A model generated the notes under the pieces. That model saw only the letters and a program-made list of their open reading frames with translations. It was not told the origin of the DNA and did not search any database. Below are positions 34,023 to 44,381 of a stretch of 64,000 nt of DNA, one piece after another. The stretch is from an uncultured delta proteobacterium (GTDB lineage: Bacteria > Myxococcota_A > Polyangia > Polyangiales > Polyangiaceae). The DNA is taken from NCBI GenBank assembly GCA_963782055.1, contig CAWAIF010000003.1, positions 6,528,001 to 6,592,000 on the forward strand. The letters run 5' to 3'. How positions within the stretch are numbered: position 1 is the first letter of the stretch; every line of letters starts with the position of its first letter. A program made the translations under genes and the position numbers.

Positions 34023-34084
34023 CTCACCCCCCGGCCCCCTCTCCCTACGAGGGAGAGGGGGAGGAAGAGCTCACCCCCGGCCCC
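34023..34084. repeat. BoxC/REP-like hairpin element between convergent genes
   Basis: ctcaccccccggccccctctccct-acg-agggagaggggg hairpin, with partial second copy ctcacccccggcccc. Confidence 0.6.
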
Positions 34085-34090
34085 GTCCGG

Positions 34091-36139
34091 TCAGTCGCCC
34101 GGGCAGGGGGTGCCGAGGGGGGCGGGCGCCGGGATGGTGGCGACGCCGGTCTTGAAGAAGGTCTCGTGGAAGCAGCCGTACTGGTACTTCACCGCGTCGA
34201 GCTGGCGGTAGATGGCGTGCGCGTCGGCGACGCCGTCGCCGTTGTACTGGATGATGGCGCCGGTGTACTTGGTGCCGTCCGCGCTGGTGAGATCCTGCGA
34301 GACCGGGTACGGCAGGATGCCGTCCAGCCCGACGAGCTTGAGCGCGTCCTGCATGGATGACCACACCTCGTCTCCCGCCTCCTTGTGCCCGTAGGCGAGC
34401 GCCGCGCCGTCGTAGATGGGAATGGGGAAGTACGGATCGTCCTTGCCGGCGATCTCGTAGATGGACCGCACCGGCGCGCCGGGCAGCGGCATGCGCGCCA
34501 CGCGCGGCATGTAGACGTACGGCTCCGCCGGCTCCCACGCGGTCTCCAGCAAGCTGAGCGTCGGGTGGAGGTAGGTCAGCGGCTGCGTGCCGAGCAGCGC
34601 GCGGAGCTGGCCGGCGGCGCCGGGGATGATGGTGGTGAGCAGCACCTGGTAGGCCCAGAAGCCGCCGGCCCCCGTGGGCACCGCCTCCTTGATGCGCGGG
34701 TCCACGGCGCTCACCAGGTTGGTGTACATGCCCCCCATCGACTGCCCCTGCGCGCCGAGGCGGGAGGTGTCGAAGTGGTAGGTGCTGGCGCCGTTGGGCA
34801 GCGAGATCTTGCTGCATCCGGAGACCGAGGTGGGATCGATCTGGATCGAGGCCAGCGCCGAGATGAACATGCGCTGCTCGATCACCCCCTGCCGGAAGAT
34901 GTCGCGAAAGGACGCCGGGTTGTTGAAGTTGAGGTACGCGAGCTCCGGCGCGCCGGGCACGCGCTCCGGGTTCACCGGCAGGGCGCTGCCCGCCATCGCG
35001 AAGCCGTGAGGCGCCATCACGTACGACGGCCCCTGCCCGGGGATGCCCACCTCGTCGGTCGGGCTCTGCAGCGGGCCGGAGTCGATCACCGAGGTGCTGA
35101 GGCCGCCGGACCCGTGGAAGTACACGATGAGCGGATAGCCGTTGGCCGGCATCGGCTCGTTGGGCAGCGAGATGGCGATGGGGGCGTCCTCGTCGCGCTG
35201 GTGGACGGGCAGGCCGTCGGGGCCCATCTGGAAGAGGCCGCCGGTGTCGAAGAGGGGTGTGCCCGTCTGGAACTGCGGGTAGGTGACCTTGCCGAGCACC
35301 TCGCAGAAGCGTCCCTGATCGCCGCCCTGCGGGACGTGCAGATCGGTGATCTGCACCGAGTACTTGGCGATGACCTTGGTCGATAGGTCGGCGAGATCCT
35401 GCACCACGTCCCCCGTCGTGAAGACGGTGGCGGCGGCGACGTCGGCGGGATCGAGGCCGTCCTGCCGGAGCGTCTTCCAGAGCGGCTCGTAGACCTTCCA
35501 CGCGGCGAGCTCCGGATCGCCGGCCGGCGCCTCGAGTGCCTGCAGGTCGGTGAAGGCCTGCGGCGCGGCGAGCGGCTTGCCCGCGGCGTCGTCGAGCTTC
35601 TTCATCACCACGAAGGCGTACTTGCGCGACTGGTGCAGGATGAAGCCGGGGCGCGCGGAGACGGCGAGCACGTCGTCCGGCAGGTAGCGGTCGGCGTCGA
35701 GCGTCTGCGCGACCACGGGCAGGAGCTTGCCGCGGTCGGGCGACTGCTCGTCGACATCCATCAGCAAGAGAGGCGACGAGGCGTCGGCGGCGATGACGAC
35801 GTTCGGATCCTGCGCGGTCACCGGGGCGGTGAAGCGGAAGTAGGCGACCGGGATCTGCGGGAAGCCCTTGCGGTCCCCCGCGATGCCCTTCAGCCCGTCG
35901 ATGAGCCCGAGCGCCAGGCTGTTGGGGAAGCCGCGCACGTCGGGCGTCCCCTCCGGCGTGAGGCGCAGGTCGCTGGGGTAGGGGATCGCGTAGAAGGAGC
36001 TCGGGTCCCCGGGGTCGGTCTGCGTCACGTCGGCGTGCAGGTCGAAGTAGACCATCGTGCCGGTGGGGGCGGGCGCGGCGGTGGAGGAGCACTGCACGGC
36101 GACGGGGAGCAAGGCGAGGAGAAGAAGACGGAGGCGCAT
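34091..36139 (-). CDS. Exported (lipo)protein with alpha/beta-hydrolase domain
   Basis: Signal peptide ending VQC; YFHGSGG, nucleophile elbow GQSMGG, candidate Asp (GKDDPY) and His (DAHAIY). Confidence 0.75.
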   Translation of the reverse strand: MRLRLLLLALLPVAVQCSSTAAPAPTGTMVYFDLHADVTQTDPGDPSSFYAIPYPSDLRLTPEGTPDVRGFPNSLALGLIDGLKGIAGDRKGFPQIPVAYFRFTAPVTAQDPNVVIAADASSPLLLMDVDEQSPDRGKLLPVVAQTLDADRYLPDDVLAVSARPGFILHQSRKYAFVVMKKLDDAAGKPLAAPQAFTDLQALEAPAGDPELAAWKVYEPLWKTLRQDGLDPADVAAATVFTTGDVVQDLADLSTKVIAKYSVQITDLHVPQGGDQGRFCEVLGKVTYPQFQTGTPLFDTGGLFQMGPDGLPVHQRDEDAPIAISLPNEPMPANGYPLIVYFHGSGGLSTSVIDSGPLQSPTDEVGIPGQGPSYVMAPHGFAMAGSALPVNPERVPGAPELAYLNFNNPASFRDIFRQGVIEQRMFISALASIQIDPTSVSGCSKISLPNGASTYHFDTSRLGAQGQSMGGMYTNLVSAVDPRIKEAVPTGAGGFWAYQVLLTTIIPGAAGQLRALLGTQPLTYLHPTLSLLETAWEPAEPYVYMPRVARMPLPGAPVRSIYEIAGKDDPYFPIPIYDGAALAYGHKEAGDEVWSSMQDALKLVGLDGILPYPVSQDLTSADGTKYTGAIIQYNGDGVADAHAIYRQLDAVKYQYGCFHETFFKTGVATIPAPAPLGTPCPGD

Positions 36140-36253
36140 CGAAGCGCAACCTAGCAAATTCACGCCCCGGCGGGATCTTCTCCTCCTCTCCTTCCAGGAA
36201 GAGGGCAAAGGGGACAGGGGAAGGGCAGCGGCCGATGGGCTAGGGTGCGGGCC

Positions 36254-38425
36254 GTGCCGGACGGGGAGATGGTGTTCGAGGGAGAGGTCCTGCGGGTGAC
36301 CTTCGAGAGCGCGGGATCGAGCTTCCGCGTCATCAAGGTGGCGGTCGAGGGGCAGCGCGACCCGGTGGCGGTCATCGGACACTTCCCCCCCGTCACCGCC
36401 GGCGCCCGGGTCCGGGTGCGCGGGGTCCGCGAGAGCGACAGCCGGCACGGCGATCAGGTGCGCGCCCTCAGCCTGACCGAGCTCGCCCCGGCCACGCTCA
36501 AGGGGCTGCAGCGCTACCTCGCCTCCGGGGCCATCAAGGGCGTGGGGCCCAAGACGGCGGAGCGCATCGTGGGTCGCTTCGGGATGGATGCGCTGCGGGT
36601 GCTGGACGATCAGCCGGAGCGGCTGAAGGAGATCACCGGCCTGGGCCACCGCAAGGCGGAGCAGATCGCCACCGGGTGGCAGGAGCAGCGCGGGGCGCGC
36701 GAGGTGATGGTGCTGCTGCAGGGCTACGGGGTCTCCCCCGCCCTCGCCCACCGCATCCACAAGAAGTACGGCGCGGAGGCGACCGTCGTCGTGTCGCAGC
36801 AGCCGTACCGCCTGGCGATGGAGGTCCGCGGCATCGGCTTTCTCACCGCCGACAAGATCGCGCAGGAGCTCGGGATCGCGAGGGACGCACCGGAGCGCCT
36901 GCAGGCGGGCGTGCTTCACGCGCTGCTGGAGCTGACCGACGCCGGTCACGTCATGACCCCCCACGAGCCGCTGCTGGAGAAGGCCGCCGCGCTCCTCCGC
37001 CACGACGAGCGGGATGGCCTGGAGCACGCGCTGCGCGCGCTGGTGATGTCCGGCTACGTCGTGCGCGAGGTGATGCACGACGCGACGGTGTACTTCACGC
37101 GCGACATGCACACCCACGAGCTGCGGCTCGCCGGACGCCTGCTGGAGCTGCAGGCCGCGCGCCACGCCGAGCTACGAGGCGCCGCGGCGGCGATCGCGCG
37201 GTTCGAGAAGCAGACGGGCGTGATCCTCGCGCCGGAGCAGCGGGAGGCGGTCGAGCTCGCCGCGCGTTCCCCGGTGCTGGTCGTGACCGGCGGGCCGGGT
37301 GTGGGCAAGACGACCATCGTGCGCGCGCTGCTGGCCCTCTTCGACGAGGGTCTGGTGCCGGTGCGCCTCGCCGCGCCCACCGGCCGGGCCGCCAAGCGGA
37401 TGCACGAGACCACCGGTCGCGAGGCGCAGACCATCCACCGGCTCTTGGAGATCGACCCCAGGCGCGGCGTCTTCCAGCGCGACGCCGCGCGGCCGGTGGA
37501 CGCGGGCACGGTCATCGTCGACGAGGCGTCGATGGTGGACCTGCCCCTCGCCGACGCCCTCACCCAGGCCATCGCCCCCGGCACGCGGCTGCTGCTCGTC
37601 GGCGACGTCGACCAGCTCCCCAGCGTGGGCCCGGGCGCGGTGCTGCGCGACGTCATCGCGTCGGGCGCGGTGCCTGTCGTACGCCTGCGCCACATCTTCC
37701 GCCAGGCGCGCGAGAGCCTCATCGTGCAGAACGCGCACCGCATCAACGCGGGGATGGCGCCGCTCGCCTCGCGCGACGCCGACGCCGACTTCTTCGTCAT
37801 CGAGCGCAAGGATCCGGACGCCGCCCGCGCGACGGTGCTGGAGCTGGTCAAGGAGCGCATCCCCCGCCGCTTCGGCCTCGACCCGGTCCGCGACGTGCAG
37901 GTGCTCACCCCCATGCACCGCGGCGACGCCGGCGCGACGGCGCTGAACGAGTCGCTCCAGAACGCCCTCAACCCGCACGGCCGGGAGGTCGTGCGGCCGC
38001 CCGGCGCGCGCGTCTTCAAGGTGGGCGACAAGGTGATGCAGCTCCGCAACAACTACGACAAGGAGGTCTACAACGGCGACGTCGGCTTCATCGTGGGCAC
38101 CGGCGGCGAGGAGGGGCGCGAGCTCGTCGTGCGCTTCGACGACCGGGACGTGACCTTCGCGCCGAACGAGCAGAGCGATCTGGTGCTCGCCTACGCCTGC
38201 ACCATCCACAAGGCGCAGGGCAGCGAGTATCCGGCGGTGGTGGTCGTCATGCTGTCCAGCCACTTCGTGATGCTCTCGAAGAACCTGCTCTACACCGCGG
38301 TGACGCGGGCGAAGCGGCTGCTCGTCCTGGTGAGCGACGCCCGGGCGGTCGGGCTGGCGCTCAAGGAGGAGCGGCGCAACGATCGCCGGTCCAGGCTGGC
38401 GGAGAGGCTGGCCGGGACCGCCTGA
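36254..38425 (+). CDS. recD2: ATP-dependent RecD2-type DNA helicase
   Basis: HhH IKGVGPKTA, GIGFLTADKIA, Walker A GGPGVGKT, DEASMVD, GDVDQLPSVGPG, TIHKAQGSEY, LLYTAVTRAK. Confidence 0.95.
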   Translation: MPDGEMVFEGEVLRVTFESAGSSFRVIKVAVEGQRDPVAVIGHFPPVTAGARVRVRGVRESDSRHGDQVRALSLTELAPATLKGLQRYLASGAIKGVGPKTAERIVGRFGMDALRVLDDQPERLKEITGLGHRKAEQIATGWQEQRGAREVMVLLQGYGVSPALAHRIHKKYGAEATVVVSQQPYRLAMEVRGIGFLTADKIAQELGIARDAPERLQAGVLHALLELTDAGHVMTPHEPLLEKAAALLRHDERDGLEHALRALVMSGYVVREVMHDATVYFTRDMHTHELRLAGRLLELQAARHAELRGAAAAIARFEKQTGVILAPEQREAVELAARSPVLVVTGGPGVGKTTIVRALLALFDEGLVPVRLAAPTGRAAKRMHETTGREAQTIHRLLEIDPRRGVFQRDAARPVDAGTVIVDEASMVDLPLADALTQAIAPGTRLLLVGDVDQLPSVGPGAVLRDVIASGAVPVVRLRHIFRQARESLIVQNAHRINAGMAPLASRDADADFFVIERKDPDAARATVLELVKERIPRRFGLDPVRDVQVLTPMHRGDAGATALNESLQNALNPHGREVVRPPGARVFKVGDKVMQLRNNYDKEVYNGDVGFIVGTGGEEGRELVVRFDDRDVTFAPNEQSDLVLAYACTIHKAQGSEYPAVVVVMLSSHFVMLSKNLLYTAVTRAKRLLVLVSDARAVGLALKEERRNDRRSRLAERLAGTA

Positions 38426-38554
38426 GCTCGCCAGCGCCTGGCACGGGCAGCTCGCTCGGAGCCGGGCCTGTGAAGAAGTCGCTGGGGCGGGCGGGAATGA
38501 AGAGCACCCCGTTGACGTAAGCCCGAAGGGCCCTCAGGCTAGGTTGGAACCCAA

Positions 38555-39109
38555 ATGATCAAACGCCTCCTCTATGGCCTCGTGTTCGGCCTCTTCGTGG
38601 GCGCCATCGTCGCCGCGGCCATCATCAAGGGGCTGGGGATGCTCTCCTTCGCGGGCACGAGCGGGGCCGTGCTGGCCTACGTCTTCGCCGCGGTCACCGG
38701 CGTCCTGGTCGGGCTCGTCGCCGGCAAGCCCATCTGGGCGTCCGGCGGGCAGATCGAGGCGGGGCTCAAGGCCTTCTTCGGCGCGCTCCTGGCGTCGGGC
38801 GCCATGTTCGTGCTCCGCCGCTGGGTCCACATCGATCTGGACCTCCACGGCATGGGCGCCGGGCCGGACCTCCCCACCGCCGTCGGCTACCTGCCGGCGG
38901 TCTCTCTCCCGCTCATCTCGGCCGTCCTGGGCGCCTTCTACGAGGCGGACAACACGCCGGAGCCGGCAGGGGAGAAGGGCAAGGACGCCAGGGACGAGAA
39001 GGCGGCCGCGGGCGGGAAGAAGAACGCCAAGCTGCGCGTCGCCGCCGGCGCGGGCGACGACGACGCGCTGGAAGAGGACGAGGCGCCGGCGAAGAAGGCG
39101 AAGAAGTAG
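38555..39109 (+). CDS. Hypothetical membrane protein with charged C-terminal tail
   Basis: Four hydrophobic segments; good codon bias. Confidence 0.8.
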   Translation: MIKRLLYGLVFGLFVGAIVAAAIIKGLGMLSFAGTSGAVLAYVFAAVTGVLVGLVAGKPIWASGGQIEAGLKAFFGALLASGAMFVLRRWVHIDLDLHGMGAGPDLPTAVGYLPAVSLPLISAVLGAFYEADNTPEPAGEKGKDARDEKAAAGGKKNAKLRVAAGAGDDDALEEDEAPAKKAKK

Positions 39110-39186
39110 CGGGGGAGGCGCGCCGCGGCCCCCAGCCCGAAGTCTGGAGCCCGGAGCCGCGAAACGAGCCGGAGGGCGAGTGTCGC

Positions 39187-40461
39187 TCAGAAGTCGTAGC
39201 CCAGCTCGTAGACGCCCTTCCCGTCCGCCAGCGAGAGCACGTAGAGCGCGGTCCACGACGAGTAGTACACGCGCCCCGCCTCGATGGTGATGCCCTGGTC
39301 CACCTGGGACGCGGTGTGCACCTGCACGTCCCACTGCCGAGCCCCCGTGCGTCCGTCGAAGCACGCCATGCGCACGCCCTTCTTGCCGTGGGTCATGCTG
39401 TAGGGGATGACGACCTTCTGGCCGTCGGACGCGGCCAGCACCGTCGTGACGTTGATGTCCGTCTCGAGTGGATCGACGCCCGGGATGATCTCCTTCCAGA
39501 GCACCTCGCCGTTCTCCACCGCGGCCACCATCCCCACGCTCGTGCCCTTCTCCCTCGACCCGATCATGAAGCTGAGGCCGGGCTTGGTCGGGACGAGCGC
39601 GCGGTACGCGGACATGCCCGGGATGCTGTGCAGCTCCGGCAGGTCGTGCTCGCGGAAATCGGCCCAGTCGACGAGCTCGTAGCGCGGCGTGGCGCCGCGT
39701 GTCTGGTAGACAGGCGTGCACTCCGGGCGCCTCTTGCCGTGCAGGTCGACCGCGCTCTTCTTCCCGGTCGCCAGGTCGAAGCGCGTGAAGGTGTCGTCGG
39801 CGGCCTCGATGATCACCGAGGCCCCATCGGCGCAGAAGCTGGCGGCCTTGTCGCCCAGCAGCCCCGACCACGCGGGCGTGCCGTTGGCGATGCGCGTCGC
39901 CTGCACCTTGCCCACGTCGTCGACGGCGACGAGCAGGTTGCCGACGAGGGCGCGCTTTCCGTCGAACGCCTCCTTCGGCGCGGGCGGCGCCTTCCAGAGC
40001 TGCTTCCCCGTCGCACCCTCGAACGCCGCCAGGTAGTGCGTCTTGCTCCCCGAGTCGCAGTGGCCCACCACGTCGGGGACGCCGTCGCCGTTCACGTCGG
40101 CGAGCATGGGCGTGTCGTCGAAGCTCCAGCTCTGCGCGAAGAGACCGCCAGAGCCCCCGGAGCCACCGGAGGTGGCGTCCGTGGCCAGCGACGCGCTGCG
40201 GACCGATGCGAGCAGGCCCACCACTGCGCCGCCCACGGCGATCACCACCGGGAGGATCCACACGGCGGGGGAGGGGCCGCGCGCGGGCACACGCACCACC
40301 ATCATGGGCGGACCGCCGAAGTTGCTCGGCGGGAGCGGGCGCCTGCCCTGCTGCACCTGCGCGAGCGTGCCGCAGTAGGAGCAGCGGATCTCGGTCACGC
40401 CGCGGCGAACCTCCACGGGAGCGCCGCACTTGGGGCATACCGATGTGTCGAGCTTCGCCAT
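39187..40461 (-). CDS. Zn-ribbon + TM + PQQ-like beta-propeller protein
   Basis: CPKC...CSYC, TM helix, DVNGDGVPDVV, ATGKQLW/TGARQW propeller repeats; alternative start 40476. Confidence 0.78.
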   Translation of the reverse strand: MAKLDTSVCPKCGAPVEVRRGVTEIRCSYCGTLAQVQQGRRPLPPSNFGGPPMMVVRVPARGPSPAVWILPVVIAVGGAVVGLLASVRSASLATDATSGGSGGSGGLFAQSWSFDDTPMLADVNGDGVPDVVGHCDSGSKTHYLAAFEGATGKQLWKAPPAPKEAFDGKRALVGNLLVAVDDVGKVQATRIANGTPAWSGLLGDKAASFCADGASVIIEAADDTFTRFDLATGKKSAVDLHGKRRPECTPVYQTRGATPRYELVDWADFREHDLPELHSIPGMSAYRALVPTKPGLSFMIGSREKGTSVGMVAAVENGEVLWKEIIPGVDPLETDINVTTVLAASDGQKVVIPYSMTHGKKGVRMACFDGRTGARQWDVQVHTASQVDQGITIEAGRVYYSSWTALYVLSLADGKGVYELGYDF

Positions 40462-40550
40462 GCGCGTCGTCAGCATACCGCGTGCGCGCCGGACGCTCCC
40501 GCGATCTCGGCGACCTTGCCAGCTTGTCGCTCCTTCACTAGAGCCGAACC

Positions 40551-41789
40551 GTGAGCGAACGAGCCGGCGGCACCGCGGGGGAGGCGGGCGCGGTCTCCCC
40601 GCGGTCGATCGCGCTGGCGCTCGCGCCGGGGACGCTGCTCGCCGGCGTCGCGGGGGGCATCGTGTTCCCCATCTTCCCGATCGTCGGGCAGCGCGTCGGA
40701 CTTTCGCTGCCCTTCATCGGCGTCATCCTCGCGGCGAACCGCGCCGTGCGCGTCGTCATCTCGCCGCTGGTCGGCGTGCTGGCGGATCGTGTCGGCGGCC
40801 GGCGGACGCTGCTGCTGGGCCTCGCCCTGCAGATCGCGGTGTTCGCGCTCTACCTCGGCGGTCTGGTGACCCACCACGAGGGCGCGGGGTTCCTCGGCGG
40901 CCGGCTGCTGCACGGTCTGGCCTCCGCCTGCGTCTTCGTCGCGGCGCAGGCCCTGGCGCTGCAGTCCGGCGGGAAGGCCCACGGCGGCGCGGCGGCGGGC
41001 GCGGTGCGCGCGTCGCTCGTCTTGGGCATCCCGGTCGGCTTCGTCGCCGGCGGGCTGCTCTCCGACGCGGCGGGCAACGTGGTGACCTTCGCGGTCGCAG
41101 GCGGCGCGGTGTGCGTCGCGCTGGTGGCGGCGTACGCGATGGTCCCCGACGTGCGCACGACCGTCACCCGGCGGCCGCCGCTCCTCGTCGCCCTGCGCGC
41201 CATGCGTGACAGGCGCCTGCTCGGCGTGGGAGGTCTGAACTTCGCGATGAGCTTCGCCGCCGGCGGGATGGTGCTGACGACGCTCGCGCTGCTCGTGGAG
41301 CGCCGGCACCTCGTGGTGTTCGGGCGCGACGCGCAGGGCACCGCCGGACTGCTCATGGGCGTGATGTCGGTCGCCGACGCCATGTTCACGCCGCTGGCCG
41401 GGCGCCTCGGCGATCGCTGGCGCGCCCACGCGCAGATCGCCGCTGTGTCGACGGGGCTCATCGCGGTCGGCCTGGTGGTCATCGCTCTCGCAACGGGCAC
41501 CGCGGGGACGGCCGCGGGCATCGCGGTGGTGGGCCTCGGCACCGCCGGGCTCGGGCCGTCGCTGCTGGTGCTCATGGGCGCGATCGTGCCGGCCGACAGG
41601 CGCGGCACCGGCGTCGGCGTGCTGCAGCTCTGCGGCGACGCGGGGGGGATGCTCGGGCCGCTCGTCGGGACCGCGCTCTTCGCCGGCAGCACCGAGGTCC
41701 CTTACCTGCTCACGGCGGCCCTGCTCCTCGGCTTCGTCCCGGTCGCCCTGTGGCTGGCGCGCATCGAGCGGCGCGCGGCCGCCCGCTGA
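40551..41789 (+). CDS. MFS transporter
   Basis: ~12 TM segments, GVLADRVGGRR and GRLGDRWR motif A. Confidence 0.9.
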   Translation: MSERAGGTAGEAGAVSPRSIALALAPGTLLAGVAGGIVFPIFPIVGQRVGLSLPFIGVILAANRAVRVVISPLVGVLADRVGGRRTLLLGLALQIAVFALYLGGLVTHHEGAGFLGGRLLHGLASACVFVAAQALALQSGGKAHGGAAAGAVRASLVLGIPVGFVAGGLLSDAAGNVVTFAVAGGAVCVALVAAYAMVPDVRTTVTRRPPLLVALRAMRDRRLLGVGGLNFAMSFAAGGMVLTTLALLVERRHLVVFGRDAQGTAGLLMGVMSVADAMFTPLAGRLGDRWRAHAQIAAVSTGLIAVGLVVIALATGTAGTAAGIAVVGLGTAGLGPSLLVLMGAIVPADRRGTGVGVLQLCGDAGGMLGPLVGTALFAGSTEVPYLLTAALLLGFVPVALWLARIERRAAAR

Positions 41790-41792
41790 CCG

Positions 41793-43439
41793 TCACCCCG
41801 CGCGAGATCGGCCCGCCGCGACGGTGGTGCCCGCGCCCGCCGACGGGAGCACCACCCGGAACACCGTGCCACCGCCCGGCCGCGGCTCCGCCGCGATGCT
41901 GCCCCCGACCGACGTCACGATGCGATGGGAGATGGAGAGCCCCAGCCCGGTCCCGGCGCCCTCCTTGGTGGTGAAGAAGGGCTCGAAGATACGGTCACGA
42001 TTCTCCAGTGCGACCCCCACGCCGGTGTCGCTGATGCGGACCTCGACGTGGTCGCCGTCCGGCGACGTGACCGCCACCCGCACCTCGTGCTTGGCAGGGT
42101 CTCCCTCCGGGATGGACTGGGCCGCGTTGAGGAGGATGTTCAAGAAGACCTGGCCCAGGCTCGCCTCGGTGCCACGGACGAGCACGTGCTCGCCGTACTC
42201 CTTCACGAGGCGCGCGCGCGAGCGGAGCTCGTGCTCGGCCAGGTTCACGCACACGTCCAGGATGTGGGCGATGTCGGTCACGACGGTCCGATCGCCCTGC
42301 CCGCGCGCCAGCGTCTTCAGGTCGTGGACGATGTCGCGCATGCGCGCGGCACCCTCCTTCGCCATGCGCACGTGGGCCACCAACCTCTCGGCCACACGGG
42401 GCGGCACGTCGTCGCGGGCGAGCTCTCGCTCGAGCAGCTCCATGTTCCCCAGGATGTAGCCCAGCGGGTTGTTGAGCTCGTGCCCGATGGACGCGGAGAG
42501 CCGTCCGAGCGCCGCGAGGCGGTCCGACATCAAGAGCTGCGCCTCGATCTCCTTGCGGTCGGTGACGTCGCGGGCGATGGCCAGCACGCAGGGCTCGCCG
42601 TCGAACACCGCGTTGTGCGCGGCGATCTCCGCGACGAGGCTCGTGCCGTCCTTGCGCACGAGGCGCTCCTCGGTGAGCGGCGCGGGCACGCCACGGCTGA
42701 GCACGTCGTGGACACGGGCCAGCACGCGCGGGCGGTCGTCCAGGTGCACCAGATCGAGCGCCGGCATGCCGCGGATGTCGTCGTCCGGGCCGTAGCCGAG
42801 CATCGCCCGCGCGGCGGGGTTCAGGTACTGGAGCACGCCGTGGCGATGAACCAGGGCGCCGTCGGGCATGCTCTCGATCAGCGCGCGGAAGCTCGCCTCG
42901 GAGCGCTTGAGCGCGCGCTCGGCGCGGTCCCGCTGCGTGATGTCTCGCATGACCGCGTACCCGGCCGGGCGTCCCGCCAGCATCAGGTTGCCGCACGACA
43001 GCTCCACGGGGAAGACGGTGCCGTCCTTCGCGCGGTGCCAGCGGACGTCCACGCGCGACGTCGCGCCCGTCGCCGCGTGCTCGATCGCCTGCCGCGTCGA
43101 GTCGGGCTCGGCGCTCACGTCGGTCACCTTCAGCCCGCCCAGCGCCTCCTCGCGGGTGTAGCCGTAGAGGGCGACCCACGCGTCGTTGACGTCGAGCAGC
43201 GCGCCCGTCCCCGGATCGAAGAGCGACATCGGGTCGAGCTCGTGCGAGAAGACGAGGCGGTAGGTCTTCTCGCTCTCCAGCAGGGCGCGCGTGACCTCGG
43301 CCATCGTGAGCCGCTCCGCCTCGCCCGCGTGCGACGCTTCCACGATGCGACGCAGCTCGGGCAGGACGTCGGCGCGCCCCGCCTTCTCGAGCGCGCTCTG
43401 GACGATGGACAGGATCTCGCGCGGCTCCAAGGCATCCAC
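41793..43439 (-). CDS. Cytoplasmic PAS-PAS sensor histidine kinase
   Basis: Two PAS/PAC domains; H-box GHELNNPL, QVFLNILLNAAQ, DTGVG, FEPFFTTK, GTGLGL; start uncertain. Confidence 0.92.
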   Translation of the reverse strand: MDALEPREILSIVQSALEKAGRADVLPELRRIVEASHAGEAERLTMAEVTRALLESEKTYRLVFSHELDPMSLFDPGTGALLDVNDAWVALYGYTREEALGGLKVTDVSAEPDSTRQAIEHAATGATSRVDVRWHRAKDGTVFPVELSCGNLMLAGRPAGYAVMRDITQRDRAERALKRSEASFRALIESMPDGALVHRHGVLQYLNPAARAMLGYGPDDDIRGMPALDLVHLDDRPRVLARVHDVLSRGVPAPLTEERLVRKDGTSLVAEIAAHNAVFDGEPCVLAIARDVTDRKEIEAQLLMSDRLAALGRLSASIGHELNNPLGYILGNMELLERELARDDVPPRVAERLVAHVRMAKEGAARMRDIVHDLKTLARGQGDRTVVTDIAHILDVCVNLAEHELRSRARLVKEYGEHVLVRGTEASLGQVFLNILLNAAQSIPEGDPAKHEVRVAVTSPDGDHVEVRISDTGVGVALENRDRIFEPFFTTKEGAGTGLGLSISHRIVTSVGGSIAAEPRPGGGTVFRVVLPSAGAGTTVAAGRSRAG

Positions 43440-43593
43440 CCCGACCGCACACGCTAGCCTGTTTCGGGGTAGGGAGCCACGGATGCGCCACGCACGCCGC
43501 TCGTCCTCTCCGTTCTCGCCAGCGGGGAGGCGCTCCTGTGGAGATCGACTTCCCGGAGGTGCGTTTGGTGTGTGGCTGGCGGCGGCCATGCCC

Positions 43594-44373
43594 TCAGCCG
43601 ATCCACTCCCCCAGCGGCACCACCTCCAGCCCCTTGTCCTTCAGCCCGCGCAGGATCTCCGGGAGCGCCAGCACGCCCGCGGGATCGTGATCCCCCCGCT
43701 CCGCCGCGTCGTGCAGCAGCACGATCGCCCCGTCGCGCGCGCGGGCGATCACCCGCGCGGCCACGGCCTTCGGGTCCGCCGCGATGCCGTCGCGCGCGCC
43801 CACGCTCCACCCGATGACGCGCAGCTTGAGCTCGCGCAGCACGCGGGGCACGTGCGGCGTGGTGTGTCCGATGGGCGGCCGGAAGAGCGTCGTCCGCTTC
43901 CCGGTGATCTCCTTGACCACCCGCTGCGCCCGCCTCAGGTCCCGCCGCCAGGTCTCCGGCCCTCGCATCGCGAAGAGGCGGTCGTGCGCGTAGGAGTGCA
44001 GACCCACCGCGTGCCCGCGCTCCACGATGGCGCGCACCAGCTCGGGGTGCGCCTCCGCCTTCTTGCCGATGACGAAGAAGGTCGCCGTGGCGCCGGCGGC
44101 GTCCAGCGCGTCGAGGGCGCGCGGCGTCCACTCCGGGTCCGGGCCGTCGTCGAAGGTCAGCGCCACGCCCTTCGCCCCGCGCGGGCCGCGCACCGTCGCG
44201 TCGACGAAGACGCGCAGCCGCAGGAAGAAGACCCCACAGAGGACCGCCGCGACGTACACGGCGATGAACGCCGCCGCGACCCCGACGGGCGCGCGGTGCA
44301 CGAAGATGGCGCGCCCCGCGAAGGCGATCGCGGCGAGCGTCAGGGCGAGGAACGCGAGGCGCGCGGGGGGCAC
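43594..44373 (-). CDS. Polysaccharide deacetylase (CE4/NodB) with N-terminal TM helices
   Basis: LTFDDGP, HSYAH, FRPPIG, IVLLHD. Confidence 0.92.
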   Translation of the reverse strand: MPPARLAFLALTLAAIAFAGRAIFVHRAPVGVAAAFIAVYVAAVLCGVFFLRLRVFVDATVRGPRGAKGVALTFDDGPDPEWTPRALDALDAAGATATFFVIGKKAEAHPELVRAIVERGHAVGLHSYAHDRLFAMRGPETWRRDLRRAQRVVKEITGKRTTLFRPPIGHTTPHVPRVLRELKLRVIGWSVGARDGIAADPKAVAARVIARARDGAIVLLHDAAERGDHDPAGVLALPEILRGLKDKGLEVVPLGEWIG

Positions 44374-44381
44374 GCCCCGGA

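Noticed and set aside
36176..36226. Pyrimidine tract followed by purine tract between divergent genes
   Set aside because: Pairing is imperfect and no function can be supported from sequence alone
34091..37165. 1024-aa ORF as a single protein
   Set aside because: The first ~340 aa are antisense to recD2; the real start with signal peptide is at 36139
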